From assembly GCF_046119375.1 (NCBI RefSeq), contig NW_027362763.1, forward strand, positions 149,296,001-149,360,000: 64,000 nucleotides of DNA. Direction: 5' to 3'. Positions 48,183 through 61,211 of this stretch are shown in pieces. The stretch's first letter is position 1, and the number at the start of each line of letters is the position of its first letter. The translations under genes and the position numbers were made by a program. The stretch is from Phyllobates terribilis (Eukaryota). The notes under the pieces are model-generated. The model was not told the DNA's origin and made no database searches. It saw nothing but the letters and a program-made list of their open reading frames with translations.

Positions 48183-50700
48183 TGCAGTCATTTGACAGCT
48201 GAAATCTGGAAAAAGCCCAAGCACAGCTGGATTTTTTTTATTATTTTCATACTCAATGAGTCCACTACTATTATCAATGTCTAATCATATTTATTCAAGG
48301 TACTCATTCCCACCCCGAACTCTTATGACACATATTACATTTCTACCCAAACCTTGGAAGGATTCCTCACTCTGTAGCATCTATCGTTCAATTTCTCTAA
48401 TCATCACAGATATCAAGTTACATGCAAAGCTAATTTCTAATAGGCTGTGGTACCTCTTGCCATTGGTGCTAAATCTAGAACAGGTAGGGTTTGTATCTGG
48501 CCGTGAAGCCAGAGATAACACCATTCGAGCTATATCTCTCATAGATGAAACCAGGAGATCTGGCCTTCCCATGTGCATCCTGTCGATTGATGCTGAGAAA
48601 GTTTTTGACACGGTGCACTGGGAATTTAAGTTTCAGGCTCTTCGGAGCCATGGTTTGCATGGGGTCATGTTGCACAGGATGTCCGCCCTCTATACTTCCC
48701 CTCAGCCCAAGTTACAGTCAATGGCTGACTTTTATATCCTTAACAAATACATAATGGAACTCGCCAGAGATACACTCCACCCCCCTTAATGTACATACTG
48801 ATTATGGAACATCTAGCAGTGGCCCTTTGCAAAAATACTTCAACCAAAGGTGTCCCAATCCGAAAAAAAAAACATAAACTTGTCTTATTCGCAGATGACC
48901 TTCATCTCTACATATCTTCTCCTATTACTAGCTTACCAAACATTAAATCTGAACTACATCAATTTAAACAATAACCTCCCACAAATCTGAAATGTTCAAT
49001 ATCTCACTTCCTTCAACATTAGTTGCCCAGTTGCATTCTTTCTTTCCCTTTCACTGGCAAACAGACTCCCTTACCTATCTAGGTATTAAAATAGCCCCAG
49101 ATCTCTCTCATTTATATAGTGCCAACTTCCTTTGTGCATTATGTAAAGTTGAGTTGGATCTCGAAAAATGGAATAAGCTCCAGTAATCATGGTTCGGAAG
49201 AGTCAACGCCATTAAAATGGATCTCCTACCCCAACTATTCTACTTTTTTCAAACCATGCCCCTTTACTTACCCTCCTCTTTGTTCTCCTATCTTAAAACC
49301 AAAATAACTAAATTTATCTTGGCATACAAACGTCACTGGTTGTCATGTCATTTAGTGAGAAAAGCTTTACAATTGGGTGGGCTGGCCCTCCAAGATTTTT
49401 TTCTTTACAGCTGCGCTAGTGCATGCATCTAAGATTTATTTCATCATACTATGACCAAGAAATAGGTTGAAGTAGAAACTTTGCAATCTAAATATAATCC
49501 CCTTGCTGCAATATGGACAGCAACCAATACTAATGCTAACATTAATACCCTCCCATTTATTACTAAAGATCTATCACTTTTCATTAAAAGATGCAATAAA
49601 CTATTCCACCTACAATACTAGATTCCTTGATAGGGCGTTGATCCAGGGAACTAGTCTGATTGTCGTATGGAGTCAGGAAGGAATTTTTTTCCCCAATGTG
49701 GAGCTTAGTATTTGCCACATGGGTTTTTTTTGCCTTCCTCTGGATCAACGAGTTAGGCTATGGGTTGAACTAGATGGACTTAGTCTTCCTTCAACCATAA
49801 AAACTATGTTAAAACTGTGTTACCTTTCCTCTACTCCAGGTCCTCGGGTTCCCCTTTATGATGATCCCTCATTCCCACTTGACCTCAATAGACCAACCTT
49901 TCTGAATAAACCCAAAGACCAACCTGCTATGTTACATGATTTCCTGTCCTACCCTTGCACTAGACCCTTACATGCTTTTTTGCCTAATTCTAATATTCAC
50001 CCAATCTCATGTTTTTTCTATGAACAACTAAGGAGCTTTGCAAAATCTATAACAAAACAAACTATCCCCCTTTGAAAATTTCTGCCTACTGAAGAATCCT
50101 CCAGACCACACTATCTTGCTGCTGTATGGTATTTTTCAGGACAACCAGACCTCTAATGCAGATCCCCCACTTCTTCGCAAAATGTGAGGAAGAGCTGGGA
50201 AGACCCCTTTCATTAGAGGAACATTCCAAAATACTTCTCCTCACTCATAAATCCTGCTCTGTTCATTGCTACATGAGAAGAGCTACAAAATCCTATCTAG
50301 ATGGTATATATGCCCCTTGGCATTTCACATAATAGTTCCCTGAGCCTCAGTCACGTGTAGGAAATGTCTCAATAAGACGGGTTTTTATTCCCATATTTAG
50401 TGGTCATGCCCGATTATAAGACATTTTTGGGAAGCAGTGTTTGAACTATTCAATACAATTTTTATAACTAAGGTACAGCCATCTGTGGCCTCAGCCCTTC
50501 TATTTCTTAGTGATATTCCAGCTACTAGCTTTAAAAAGGGACTGCTTAGACTGTCTGCAGCTAGGAGATTGATCCCAGACATAGTTTTAGGCACTTGGGC
50601 ACCTTGGATCATGATTAGAGAGGCACAGGAATTAACAACTTGGTTGACTCCTACATTAGGTCTTCTGCCTCCATATCATCTTACACTTTACTTTTCAAAA
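48183..50700 (+). pseudogene. L1 ORF2p part 3 (RT and cysteine-rich C-terminus)
   Basis: LKSGKSP, YRSISL, QVGFV.GR, DAEKVFD, LFADDL, CRKC..HI*WSCP. Confidence 0.92.
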
Positions 50701-53700
50701 AAATAATAGACTGGTACCCATCTATGTGAGATTATTTTCTCCCTTTCTCTTTCTTTCGCAATCCCACACCCTTTCCTTATTTCCCTCCTGTCCAATTCCT
50801 TCTTCAGATTTTCCCCAAATCTGACCTTCCCCCTCCTCTTCTTCTTTCCCCATTTTTCCCCATTTCTCTCATTTCTTCTTTCTTCCCCTCTTCTTTTATA
50901 TTTGGTCAGAACGCAAAGTTCAACAAGATTGTTTGAGATAGTTATTGTTGTTAATGTATAATGTGAACTCTAACTACATTTACAACTGTTTTTATTATTG
51001 CACTTCAAACTTATCACTTCACTTTGCTGTTTTAATTTACCCTGTAAAAGTCAATAAAACTTTAATTTACCCTAAAAATAACAGTAATTTGCTGATCTTA
51101 TGGTCCCAATTTTAAGTACTCTTGAAGATTTTGTGATTTTGAGAAGTCACATAGACTTGCTAACTAAAATTAGTACATCATTGTGTAATTATACACATTA
51201 TTAAAGCATATGGAGTTTGTATGTTTTCCCAGTGTTTTTTTTTTCGTTTTCCTTTGTTGCCACCCTCTAAAAGATATAGGGCCAGACACTAACAGTGACT
51301 TGAGTTTGCACAGCGTCACCCCGTCAGACCTTTTCTGCATATATACATGCATATTCACATTAGGCATACATATTGTATATATGCACATGCTAATACATTA
51401 CAGGATCAAATATTTTAAAAATCAAATTTTCCTGATTCTGCAAATTTGCCCAGGAAACCAAGAGTACTTCAAAGCCTCTGACTTCCCTGAAAAATGAGTA
51501 TGAAATTATTATTGTTTCCTGACACATCAATTTTTTTCACTGCTGCATTGTCATGTACATAAAACCATCATGTTTTCACTGAGATTTTTGAAAATGGCAG
51601 CAAAGCAATGCATTTTTTCCTTAATTGCAGCAACCCCCATAAAAAACAATAAAGTGGTGGCAACAAGTGAACGCAGCCTTACAGTTTCTTTACTGTTTTA
51701 TACCTCTCTTCATCTCTTTATGGCTAAGCAATAACCTTGGACATCATCTCACTATTCAGATTCACCACAAAAAAAGGCTGCATCCTTCACTGATTTAACT
51801 TCTATACAGGCTGTGATAGTCCCTCCTGATTGGCTGTGCTACTCCATGTGACCTGATAGCTGTAAGGCATTATGGGAAAGCTCACCTAGCTGTGCCCAAG
51901 GTTATATGAGCCTTGTCTGGCTGATACAAACTTCTGTATTGTGTAAAATGGTGGTGGACATTTTTGCCTATTAGCACGAATCGCAAATTGCAAGTTGCTC
52001 AAATGCACTGAGTTTAAGGAATTTACCAAATTTGACACAAATTCAATTTGCATCAAATGTATTCATTCATTATGGTGTAAGGTAGCATAATGTACAGTAG
52101 CTGTTCCCCTCTAGACTTCATTCCAAGTACACTAACAGCAGGGCATTCCATTGATATGGTCATGAAACCAGTGGTACGGCCATTTTTCCAAAGAACCCGT
52201 GAGCCATTTTATATACATCATGATGCCAGGCCTCTTGTTGTTCATGATAGTTTGCTACTGTGAGTAGGCTGAGTAATCTGCAAAATTATCAAACTTGTGT
52301 CCCATCGAGTAAATATAGGACTTCATTGGTTGGCAATTGTAAAGGGAGCTGCCAGCAGCGGATCTTGATGATTTGCCAAAATACATTCAGTGCCGCAGAA
52401 CATTCCTCAATCATCCATTAAAAATGTATTAATAATATGCCAAGGCATTTAAGTATGTTCATTTTTGTGCATGGTGCTTATATTTGATACTGAATAAATC
52501 TGGATGTTTTTCAATTTTCTTTCCCCATTTTTTCATCATTTGCATATCAGCTACATGTCTATCAATTCTTGATTTCCATAATTCCACAACTTTTCTTTCT
52601 TGGTGTTACAATTTCAATTTTGAGAAGTGTATTTATTTATAAATAAACAGCATAATCATCTATGTGAAAGATAAACTTGTATTTTGATGATTAATTGAGT
52701 TGATAGTTATATGCAACATAGATATGAGATTATTTATATCATTGATATTTCTGTTTGTCATCAAACATGAAATATTTATTGAATAAAATTAATAATATAA
52801 ATGACAAAATACTAAGAAAATATTAAGCCAAATGTTGAGTCGTCAGCTGTTTTTACTTAAAAAGAAGGAACGTTTTCCTTCAACTTTAAAATCCAAGCTT
52901 ATTTTTAAAACTGAGTGAAAACTAGTTGCATCCTTGACCCATGAAATAAACATTAAAGACATTTACTTCAGCTCTTTAATCTAGCGTCTGAAGCTGAAAA
53001 TGTCAAGCAATAATGTCACTGATTTTTAAAAAGTTTTCAAAACTTGTAGAAGAAATAACATAAAGCAAAAAAAGTGTCATTTAGAATATGAATCCAATAG
53101 AAACCAAATAATAATAATAATAATATAAGAAATATAAAAAGCATAAATATATTTGAAAATATTTTTTATTATTATTTTTATTTTATTTTTTTGTTTAATT
53201 ATAGCTTTCAACAGTAAAGCATTATTTATCTTCACAATTTGTGCTTACAATGCTCCGTGCATAACCTTGATTCATGGAGAGTGTGTCTGCCATACTTACT
53301 ATCTTTGAGTACTTCCAGGTGGTCACATTGAAAGTTATGTAAAGTCGTTTCTCATGTGGAATACTTTGGCCTTTCTCTCCATTCCTTCTCTTCAGTTCTG
53401 GTGGATGCATGTGGGTGATGATGATTAATAGAGCATGTCCAATTGGTTCTGTTTGTCCATGCTGGTCTTCTTTATGCACACTGAGGTCAATGGTGTATTT
53501 GTAGGTAGCCATCCAAGGAAAACACCTCACAGCAGGAGAAAATGCAAACTAAGCAAGTCAAGCTCAGGAATGCAGTAAACTGTTCAGTGAAGCTTCAATA
53601 GCCCTGATTTTAGCACTGTTGGGAAAATATCAAACTCAGAGTTGAAGAAAAAGTCAAGAGGAAGATCTTTAAGTTTCTGTTTTACTTCTCCCGTGAAAAT

Positions 53701-53763
53701 AGCACATTGTGACAGTTAAAAGGGAAAATCATAATATTGACTAGCTATTTTAACCTTTCTCAG

Positions 53764-53783
53764 ATATCCCAAATACTCTACAG
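53764..53783 (+). other. Candidate 20-nt micro-exon
   Basis: TTTTAACCTTTCTCAG acceptor and CAG|GTATGT donor. Confidence 0.35.
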
Positions 53784-54086
53784 GTATGTTTTAAGGATCT
53801 CTCCTTTTGATGTAAATGTAAACATAAGGGGTTGTAAGGTGAGACACTATTGATGAGTCTCGGGATTATCTATAGAACTGAAGAAGAGCTTAGAGAACTT
53901 TAGAAGGTTGACAGCAGATAAACACCAATTGGCCTATGTCATGTACATGCTACTTCTAATGGCTTCTTTTTGGCACTTTTGTCTATGCAGAGAAAATATG
54001 AATTTCTGTGTTATAGCTTATATATGTATATAGAGTATTTTGATAAAGGTTAGCAGTGTTTTATTTAAAAAAATATATTTTCTCAG

Positions 54087-54156
54087 ATTATACTTGAAAT
54101 CATGAGACATATCCAAAATAGAGAATGCTATTCCTAGAATTGAAACGATGTTCCTG
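54087..54156 (+). other. Candidate 70-nt exon (UTR or non-coding; possible ATG at 54148)
   Basis: TTTTCTCAG acceptor and CTG|GTAAGT donor. Stops in all three frames. Confidence 0.35.
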
Positions 54157-54404
54157 GTAAGTGTACCTCTCGTGATCCACTTAAAAACCTCTTAGAATAT
54201 ATTCTTTATTGTGTACAATTTGTAATTTAGAATCTAAACTGAGTCCTGCACGGAGTTTCTTTTTATTCTGCTCTATTTTAAGATTGAGAAGTGTAGGGGA
54301 AGACGTGAATTACTGTTGTCTTTTAATTCTTCTCGTCTTATGTTGTATGAAGGAGCAGACAGAAAGTGAGCTATAAGATAGATAGACAGATAAATATGAA
54401 GAAA

Positions 54405-54855
54405 ATAAAGCAGTACTATACTTATCTTGATATATTGCAATCTTCATGATTATACAGCACTGTGTACTTACAATTGCTCATTTGGCCTTTCTATCCAATT
54501 AATTTTTCTCTTTTCCATTAGGTCTATGACATCACATAATTAAAAAACTGACGAGCTGAATCCCTCTAAGCTCTATGTAGAAACATGAGGTCAATTTTCC
54601 CTGCGTGAGTCACTCCCCTGTTCAACTGCTGATCTAGCTACTTCCTCCTCTCCTCTGCCCGGGACTTTTACATTGGTGGTTCATGCAGGGAAAGAGACTT
54701 CATGTTTCTACATAGATCTTAGAAGTATTGTGTGTTTTTAATCACACAATATCAAAAACCTAATGGAAAAGAAAAAAATTAACTGGGTAGACGGACAAAA
54801 TATGATGACTGCAATATATTAAGAAGAAAAAAAATTTGATGGGAGTACTTGTTTA
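54405..54855. mobile_element. Palindromic Kolobok/T2-like MITE (degenerate)
   Basis: Inverted arms TTAATTTTTCTCTTTTCCATTAGG / CCTAATGGAAAAGAAAAAAATTAA. Right end AGTACTTGTTTAA. Confidence 0.55.
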
Positions 54856-56672
54856 AGATGTAACAATAATTTGAAATAGCTTTTCATAATAACTGTTCTG
54901 TATGTTTCCCTGAAGAATAATACTATATCTGGTCATTGCATATTTTCACCAGTTTTCCACTCTGTAGACTCTGTCTGTAATTTGCAATCCACTCTGAGCT
55001 TGCTGTTATGATCTCTGCCATACACAGCTCAGCACACAGAGAATGATTCCTGCTCTTCTTTCTTTTTTCTATAGTAAAAACTGTCACGTTTAGGTGGGCT
55101 GCGCTACGGGAATGAAGAGCCTTGAGATTCAGAATAATACAATCTGCTCTATAAAGTTACAATGCCCTATTAGAGTTGGTGAAACGTGTTTCTTAAACCA
55201 TTCTTTAAAGCAAACATTATGAAAGCAAACCCATAGAAATATAAAGGGTAACTATATTAAATCATGTACAGTAATTATCACAATCATTAGAAATGTAGAC
55301 GGATGTAACCTGTTAAGGAGTCAAAAGCAATGTTTTAAAATTTGAAATGTTGCAAATTATTTGAGTTGTCATAACTTTCCAATCTACATAATGAGTCATA
55401 AACTAGAAGAACACACTAATGAAAATGACCAGATGTCATTCTCATAATTGCAGCCAATCTCCTGGAGCAGCAGAGCATGGCACAGAAAAAGAAGCTACAA
55501 GTAGAGGTTACTACCAGTTATTCTTATGTTAGACCCTATAGTGAAAAATGAAAAAATATACTTTTAAAATATTTTTGGAAACTCTTCTCCATTGGTTAAA
55601 GATATGAAACACCTGTAGAGATACGGTATGTTTCAGATTAAACTTTTAGTCTGCCAAGTCTAGAATGTCTTCTGAAACCTAGGTCACATGGACGTGTGAT
55701 ACATGGCCCCTCTAGTTCTGCTTTCTGAAGGTTCAAATTATTCAGGGACCCACAACTCAATGAAAGATAACCCAAGCCAATGAAGATCGATGAAGTTTAG
55801 TGTTTTTTTTATATTGTAATACAGCAAGATTTTTATAATGATGTTTAAATAGTTTTTATAGTTCTCAAAGTAGAAGTCAAATTAGTTGAAATTGGGGATT
55901 TTTCTTCAAAAGTAACTTTCAAGGAATTAGTCCAGTATTAATAGTTAAAGGGGTTGTCAAGGACCATTTTATTTTTTACTATGGTCCTAAAAACTAACAG
56001 GCAGGTAGTTGCTAACAGAGGCAACTACCTGCCTGTTCAATGTGGCGCTGAACTCAGCTGGCACAGAATGGTCACTGACCGCTCCTGCCAGTGATTCAGC
56101 TGCTCCATGTCGACAGAGCAGCTCTTCATCTATCGGGCTGCTTTGTCATTGAGGGTGTGACTGCTGACGTCATGCAGAGTGACAGCTGGCTCCCCACAGT
56201 TAGGCAGTAGGGAGCCGCCTGTCAATGAGCATGACATCGGCAGTCTCACCCCTTCAGCAGAGCAGAGAGGATGAGAAGCTGCCGACATGATATCAGTGGA
56301 AGCTGCTGAATCACTGGTAGGAGTGGTCTGTGACCACTCTGCCGCTAGAGATCGGCACTGGGCACAGCAGGCAGGTAGGTAGCAACTAACTGCCTGTTAG
56401 TTCTTTGGTCAAGGCTGGCATCACCAGCCAGCGCACCCGGACAAGTGCCGGGGCCCTGAGCAAGCGGGGGTGACCACTCGATGTTGGGGACACTGGCACA
56501 CTATGGGGCTCATGAGTCGGGGTAGCCCAGTGCTAGCACCCGTGAGTGGGCCTCCCTGCTTTCTTAGGGCCTTGTCACTTGCAATACTTACCTCTCCCTG
56601 TTGCACCGCTCCAGCGTCTTCCGCGTCTTCTCACTCTGATATCTCAGGGCAGAGGGCCCGATGACATCACTA

Positions 56673-56739
56673 TATAAAGCAGGTGTCAAAAATGCAACCT
56701 GCAGAGACACTGAAATGAGGGCAGTCAGAGATGTGTAAA

Positions 56740-56799
<60 letters not shown>

Positions 56800-58115
56800 C
56801 CAGGCTTTAAACAAGGGGTTAGTAACAAGATTGAACAGGTAATTTACAATTACAATGAACAATTTCCCAAAATAATGTGATGCGCCCTGACATGGGAGTC
56901 ACCACGGCAGTTCTTTAACTCTGTGAATGGCCACGGTGTCACGGTCCCCAGGTGGACGATACATTACAGTTTGCCGGGCTTCTCCATCAAGGGTTAGGAG
57001 AGCCAACTCTGCCTGAGCTAGGGGATTGAGTGAATACATGTGTAACATACTTCTCAGTCTTTCTACCCAGTCCCACAGTGACGTGCCATCCCCCGTGAAC
57101 TTGGGAAAGTGGCTGAGCATAGCCCCCAAGGATATATGTCCACTGACAGACCCGGTCACAGACTGATTCCCCATCTCTGCGTCTGAATGTTGCATACTGC
57201 CGACTATGCCAAATGTAAAGCAGGTATCAAAAATGCAATGCGCAGAGACAAAAAATGGGGGCAGTCAGAGATGTGTAAAAACAATTTAAATATATATATA
57301 ACCAGGCTTTAAACAAGGGGTTAGTAACAAGAATGAACAGGTAATTTACAATAACAATGAACAATTTCCCCAAATAATGTGATGCACCCTGGCGTGGGAG
57401 TCACCACAGCAGTTCTTTAACTCTGTGAATGGCCCTAGCGGGGGTCACCGGTTATTCCCGCTAGGCCACAATTATTTTTCTAACAAACTCAATTAAATCC
57501 AGTTTGGCTTTTTCCATTTCGCCCGTCCCCCTCCCAACCTGACATCCTAAACCCCACTGTCCCCGGTAACGTGGATGATCATTTGAAGTGACTGCCCTGT
57601 TCAGCGATGCAGCTCCTCTGTTTCTGCTGGCGTGATTCCTCTGATGCAGTTCTCTCTTATCTCCTCTTTGCTCTGCTGTTGGAGGTGGTCTCTTGTGCCT
57701 TGGATAGCGGGGTCCAGACCTTGTCAGTTGACCTGCAATTTCGGGTACTGTGAAGTCACTCAGTACCACAAGCAGATCCCGGCTCTCCTCAGCGGCCGCG
57801 GCACTCGGGGGACTTCTGCGGTGAATCCGGCATTTGTTCACTCGTGTCCGCCTGTCCTGCCTCGTAGGTCTCTGACTCCGACCTGTCAGGCTCGTTTCCT
57901 CAGCGCATCCCGCGCGCGTCTCCTTCTCTCTGCAGCTTGGCACCGAAATCACCTCAGGTTTGGCCTGCTCGACAGTTATATTTGGAAACTCCTCACTGAA
58001 CATCACGTGACCGGGTCTCACGTTCAAATCAGTTCCCCCTTCAACATTCCTAAGGCATCTTGGTTCCGTTTGATTGCGGTCAACGAGTAGATAAGACTTT
58101 TTGACTTCTATTACA
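56673..58115 (-). mobile_element. Internally deleted Ty3/gypsy element: full 5' LTR - PBS - gag start - partial 3' LTR
   Basis: LTR 57214-58115 (TGTAA..TTACA). PBS-Ser TGGCATAGTCGGCAGTAT at 57194-57211. 56673-56927 repeats 57214-57434. 4-bp TSD ACTA. Confidence 0.85.
56928..57195 (-). pseudogene. Gag N-terminal fragment
   Basis: FPKFTGDG..L.DWVERL..LTLDGEAR, similar to the gag at 44396-45301. Confidence 0.8.
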
Positions 58116-58239
58116 ACTACAGCGTACCCTCTGTGCTGAGCAGTCACAGTGAGGAGAGCAATAAGACCATGAAGATACAGGACCTGCTGCCAGCGAGGAG
58201 AGGTGAGTATTTGATTTTTTTTATGCATGTAGTATTATA

Positions 58240-59480
58240 TGTGGCCCATACTGTATGGAGCATTATATGAGGCCCATTCTGTATGAAGCAATATATGGGG
58301 CCCATTCTATATAGAGAAATATATGGGGCCCGCACTGTATGGGGCATTATATGGCGCCCATACTGTATGAAGCAATTTATGGGTCCCATACTATATGGAG
58401 CATTATATGGCACCCATACTGTATGGAACATTATATGGGGCCCATACTGTATGGAGCAATATATGGGCTCATACTCTATGGAGCTATATATAGGACCCAT
58501 TATTCTGTATGGAGCATTATATGGGGCCAGTACTGTATGGAGCAATATGTGGGGCCCATACTGTATGAAGCAATATATGGAGCCCATGCTGTAATGCTGT
58601 ATGGAGCAATATATGGGGCCCGTTCTGTATGGATCTTTATATGGGGCCCATTATTCTGTATGGAGCATTGTATGGAGCATTATATGGGGCCCATTATTCT
58701 GTATGGAACATTATATAGGACCCATTATTCTGTATGGAGCAATATATGGGGCTTATTATTCTGTATAGGGTGCTATATGGGACCAATTATTCTATATGGA
58801 GCATTATATGGGGCCCGTTATTCTGTATGGAACATTATATGGGGCCTTTTATTCTGTATGGACATGATATGGGGCCCATTATTCTATATGGAACATTATA
58901 TGGTGTCCATTATTCTGTATGAAGCATTATATGGGGTCCATTATTCTGTATGGAGCACCATATGGGGTCCATTATTCTGTATGGAGCATTATATGGGCTC
59001 CATTATTCTGTATGAAGCATTATATGGGGTCCATTATTCTGTATGAAGCATTATATGGGGGCCATTATTCTGTATGGAGCATTATACGAGGCTCATTATT
59101 CTGTATGGAGTGCTATATGGGGCTCATTCTTTTGTATGGGGCATTATATGGGGCCCATTATTCTGTATGGAGCATTTTATGGTGTCAATTATTCTGTATG
59201 GAGCATTATATGGGGGCCATTATTCTGTATTGAGCATTATATGGGGCTCATTATACTGTATGGAGCATTATATGGGGCTCATTATACTGTATGGAGCATT
59301 ATATGGGGCTCATTATACTGTATGAAGGACAATGCAGTGCCCATAATACTGTATGAAGGACAATGCAGTGCCCATAATACTGTATAGAGGACAATGTGGT
59401 GCCCATAATACTGTATGGAGGACTATGAGGTGTCCATAATACTGTATGGAGGACTACATGGTGCCCATAATACTGTATGG
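58240..59480. repeat. Minisatellite, 28-31-bp unit (ATTATATGGGGCCCATTATTCTGTATGGAGC), about 40 copies
   Basis: Directly visible array inside hAT-D; three successive unit variants. Confidence 0.97.
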
Positions 59481-61002
59481 AGGACTATATTTTCCGGTCC
59501 AAAATGAAAACTTTTGACTTCCTCCAGGAGACGCACTGTGCGCTGTGAGGATTCGCCGTTTTTTGAGCTATTGTAGAATTTACAATAGATATCACTCATG
59601 TAATGTAAGAAGTAAGTGAAATCTTTTCATTGTACTATATATATATTTCTCTGCCGTATCTGTGCATCATGAATCATGGTGTGTGTTAAAGGGGCCCCCT
59701 GAGAATCTTTCGCCCGGGGCCCATATAAACCTGGAGCCCGCCCTGTCTTCGGTCTATAGTGAGAAAATTTAATAGTCCTGGATAACACCTTTAACCTATG
59801 CTACAAATAACCATTAATGTCAGGCAAAATGTATTTTTGTCCTAGTTTTAAAAATGAGAGATGTCTTAAATCTCCACCCCCTGTTCATTTGGAAGGGACA
59901 TCCGTAGAACTCTTCTCTTACTTCCCCCAAAACCAGGAATTTTTATGATCGCCATAAACCCTCAGCCAAGAGAACAAGCATTCTGGTTTAAACTGGAAAT
60001 TCCCTCCAAGATCCTATTGTCTAACTGTACAAACTTTTAATGTTGATTTTAATAATGCACATGACTGTCACAAACACAGGGACCACATTTTTGAGATGTT
60101 CACTTTTTTTCCAATTGTGATGGTGTGGTTTTCGTGGCTGGGAGACCACCAGGAACCTGGGAAATGGGTTCTGAGCTTCTGAGCGTCATAGAGATATCAT
60201 ATTTGATATCCATCTTCATAAATAGTGGTGACTGCAAACATGATGTCTCCATCTGGGATGTGGGACCCCCTCATACCAAGGTATGAAATCTGAAGGATTT
60301 TTATGTCTTATGCAGCTGGGTGGGTTCTCAAAACCGAGCCCCCGTGTGAGGTAAACAACATTGGTGTCTCCTAATGTTTGGCCCCTTACTAAAAACAGAA
60401 CAGCCATTTTACTTCATTCTTGCCCTGGGACGTCAGACGCATGCACTCCTCGCTGCGTGGAAGAATCACATCTAATTTCTGGGGAGCCGTCCCCCCCCCC
60501 CACAATCTGAGACCATCACCTTGTGGCACAGGTTTTGCTATTATTTACCCCTTTTATTTTACTAACTCTTTTATGCATATATGTAAATTTTCTCTTTTAT
60601 AATATCTTGTATATCTTTTGTAAACACTGCCCACTTTCGGGAGTAAATCACTATTATTTACCAGTTTTGTTCTTCTTGTCCTATGTCGAGCAAACACGTT
60701 CCTGACCCGCTAATTCACGTTACCTAACGGGTACCCGATCCACCTGTTAAGAGATCGGTGGTGGCAGTATACCAGTATTTATGTGATCTTGTGGTTTGAG
60801 GGTGGCTGGACGGAGGCATATATACGTTCCTGGAAGGAACTGGTGGTATATATACGTCCTGTCACATCACGTGCCACAATAGTCGATATAAATTAGAGCA
60901 GCTGCGCCCGTTCTTATCCTTGGTCAATACCGTGTTTGACCAGCAGGATAAGGGGGTGCCAGAGGGCTGCAAGGTCTGACCAAGTGTGGTTTTCCTGACA
61001 AT

Positions 61003-61021
61003 TGGTGGCAAGCGGTGGGAT
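61003..61021 (+). promoter_or_regulatory. Primer-binding site, tRNA-Leu
   Basis: TGGTGGCA(A)GCGGTGGGAT is complementary to the tRNA-Leu(AAG/TAG) 3' end with a 1-nt insertion. Confidence 0.8.
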
Positions 61022-61211
61022 CATAGGTCATTAGTGATCTGGTTTGAGCAATCATTCCTCTCACTAAAAACTTGCACGGTTCTTACCTGGACCCTGCACA
61101 AAAGTTTTGAAGATCGAACTCAGTGTTTATTAGATCTGAGACAATACTGTATGTATAGCAGTTACCCCTGCCCTTCTTCGTTTTTTCTTTTCTATCTTTA
61201 TTTAGGTGATC

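Larger units (their letters stand above)
17616..51080 (+). mobile_element. Near full-length L1 LINE (about 5.7 kb) split into three pieces: 17616-19341, 37270-38321, 48183-51080
   Basis: 5' GGGACGTGGCTAG start, ORF1, then ORF2 endonuclease-RT-cysteine-rich tail, contiguous once the two TSD-bounded hAT insertions are removed. Pyrimidine-rich 3' UTR and AATAAA at 51053. Confidence 0.92.
56410..59745. mobile_element. Non-autonomous hAT-D
   Basis: CAAGGCTGGC / GCCCGCCCTG termini (CAGGGC-type TIR). 8-bp TSD TCTTTGGT/TCTTCGGT (7/8). Confidence 0.75.
55949..59790. mobile_element. Kolobok/T2-type MITE with TTAA TSD (hosts hAT-D)
   Basis: AGGGGTTGTCAAGGA / TCCTGGATAACACCT termini, TTAA on both sides, internal palindromes (AACAGGCAGGTAG / CTAACTGCCTGTT). 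Confidence 0.85.

Noticed and set aside
53222-53530. 102-codon minus-strand ORF with an internal GTAAGT donor
   Set aside because: No recognisable domain, weak acceptor, length compatible with chance; left unannotated.
54103-54105. In-frame TGA as selenocysteine in the candidate exon
   Set aside because: No selenoprotein motif and no SECIS identifiable.
58144-59387. Long Tyr/Gly/Met-rich ORFs resembling keratin-associated or membrane proteins
   Set aside because: Translations of a 28-31-bp minisatellite inside a TSD-bounded hAT; the frame shifts with each unit.
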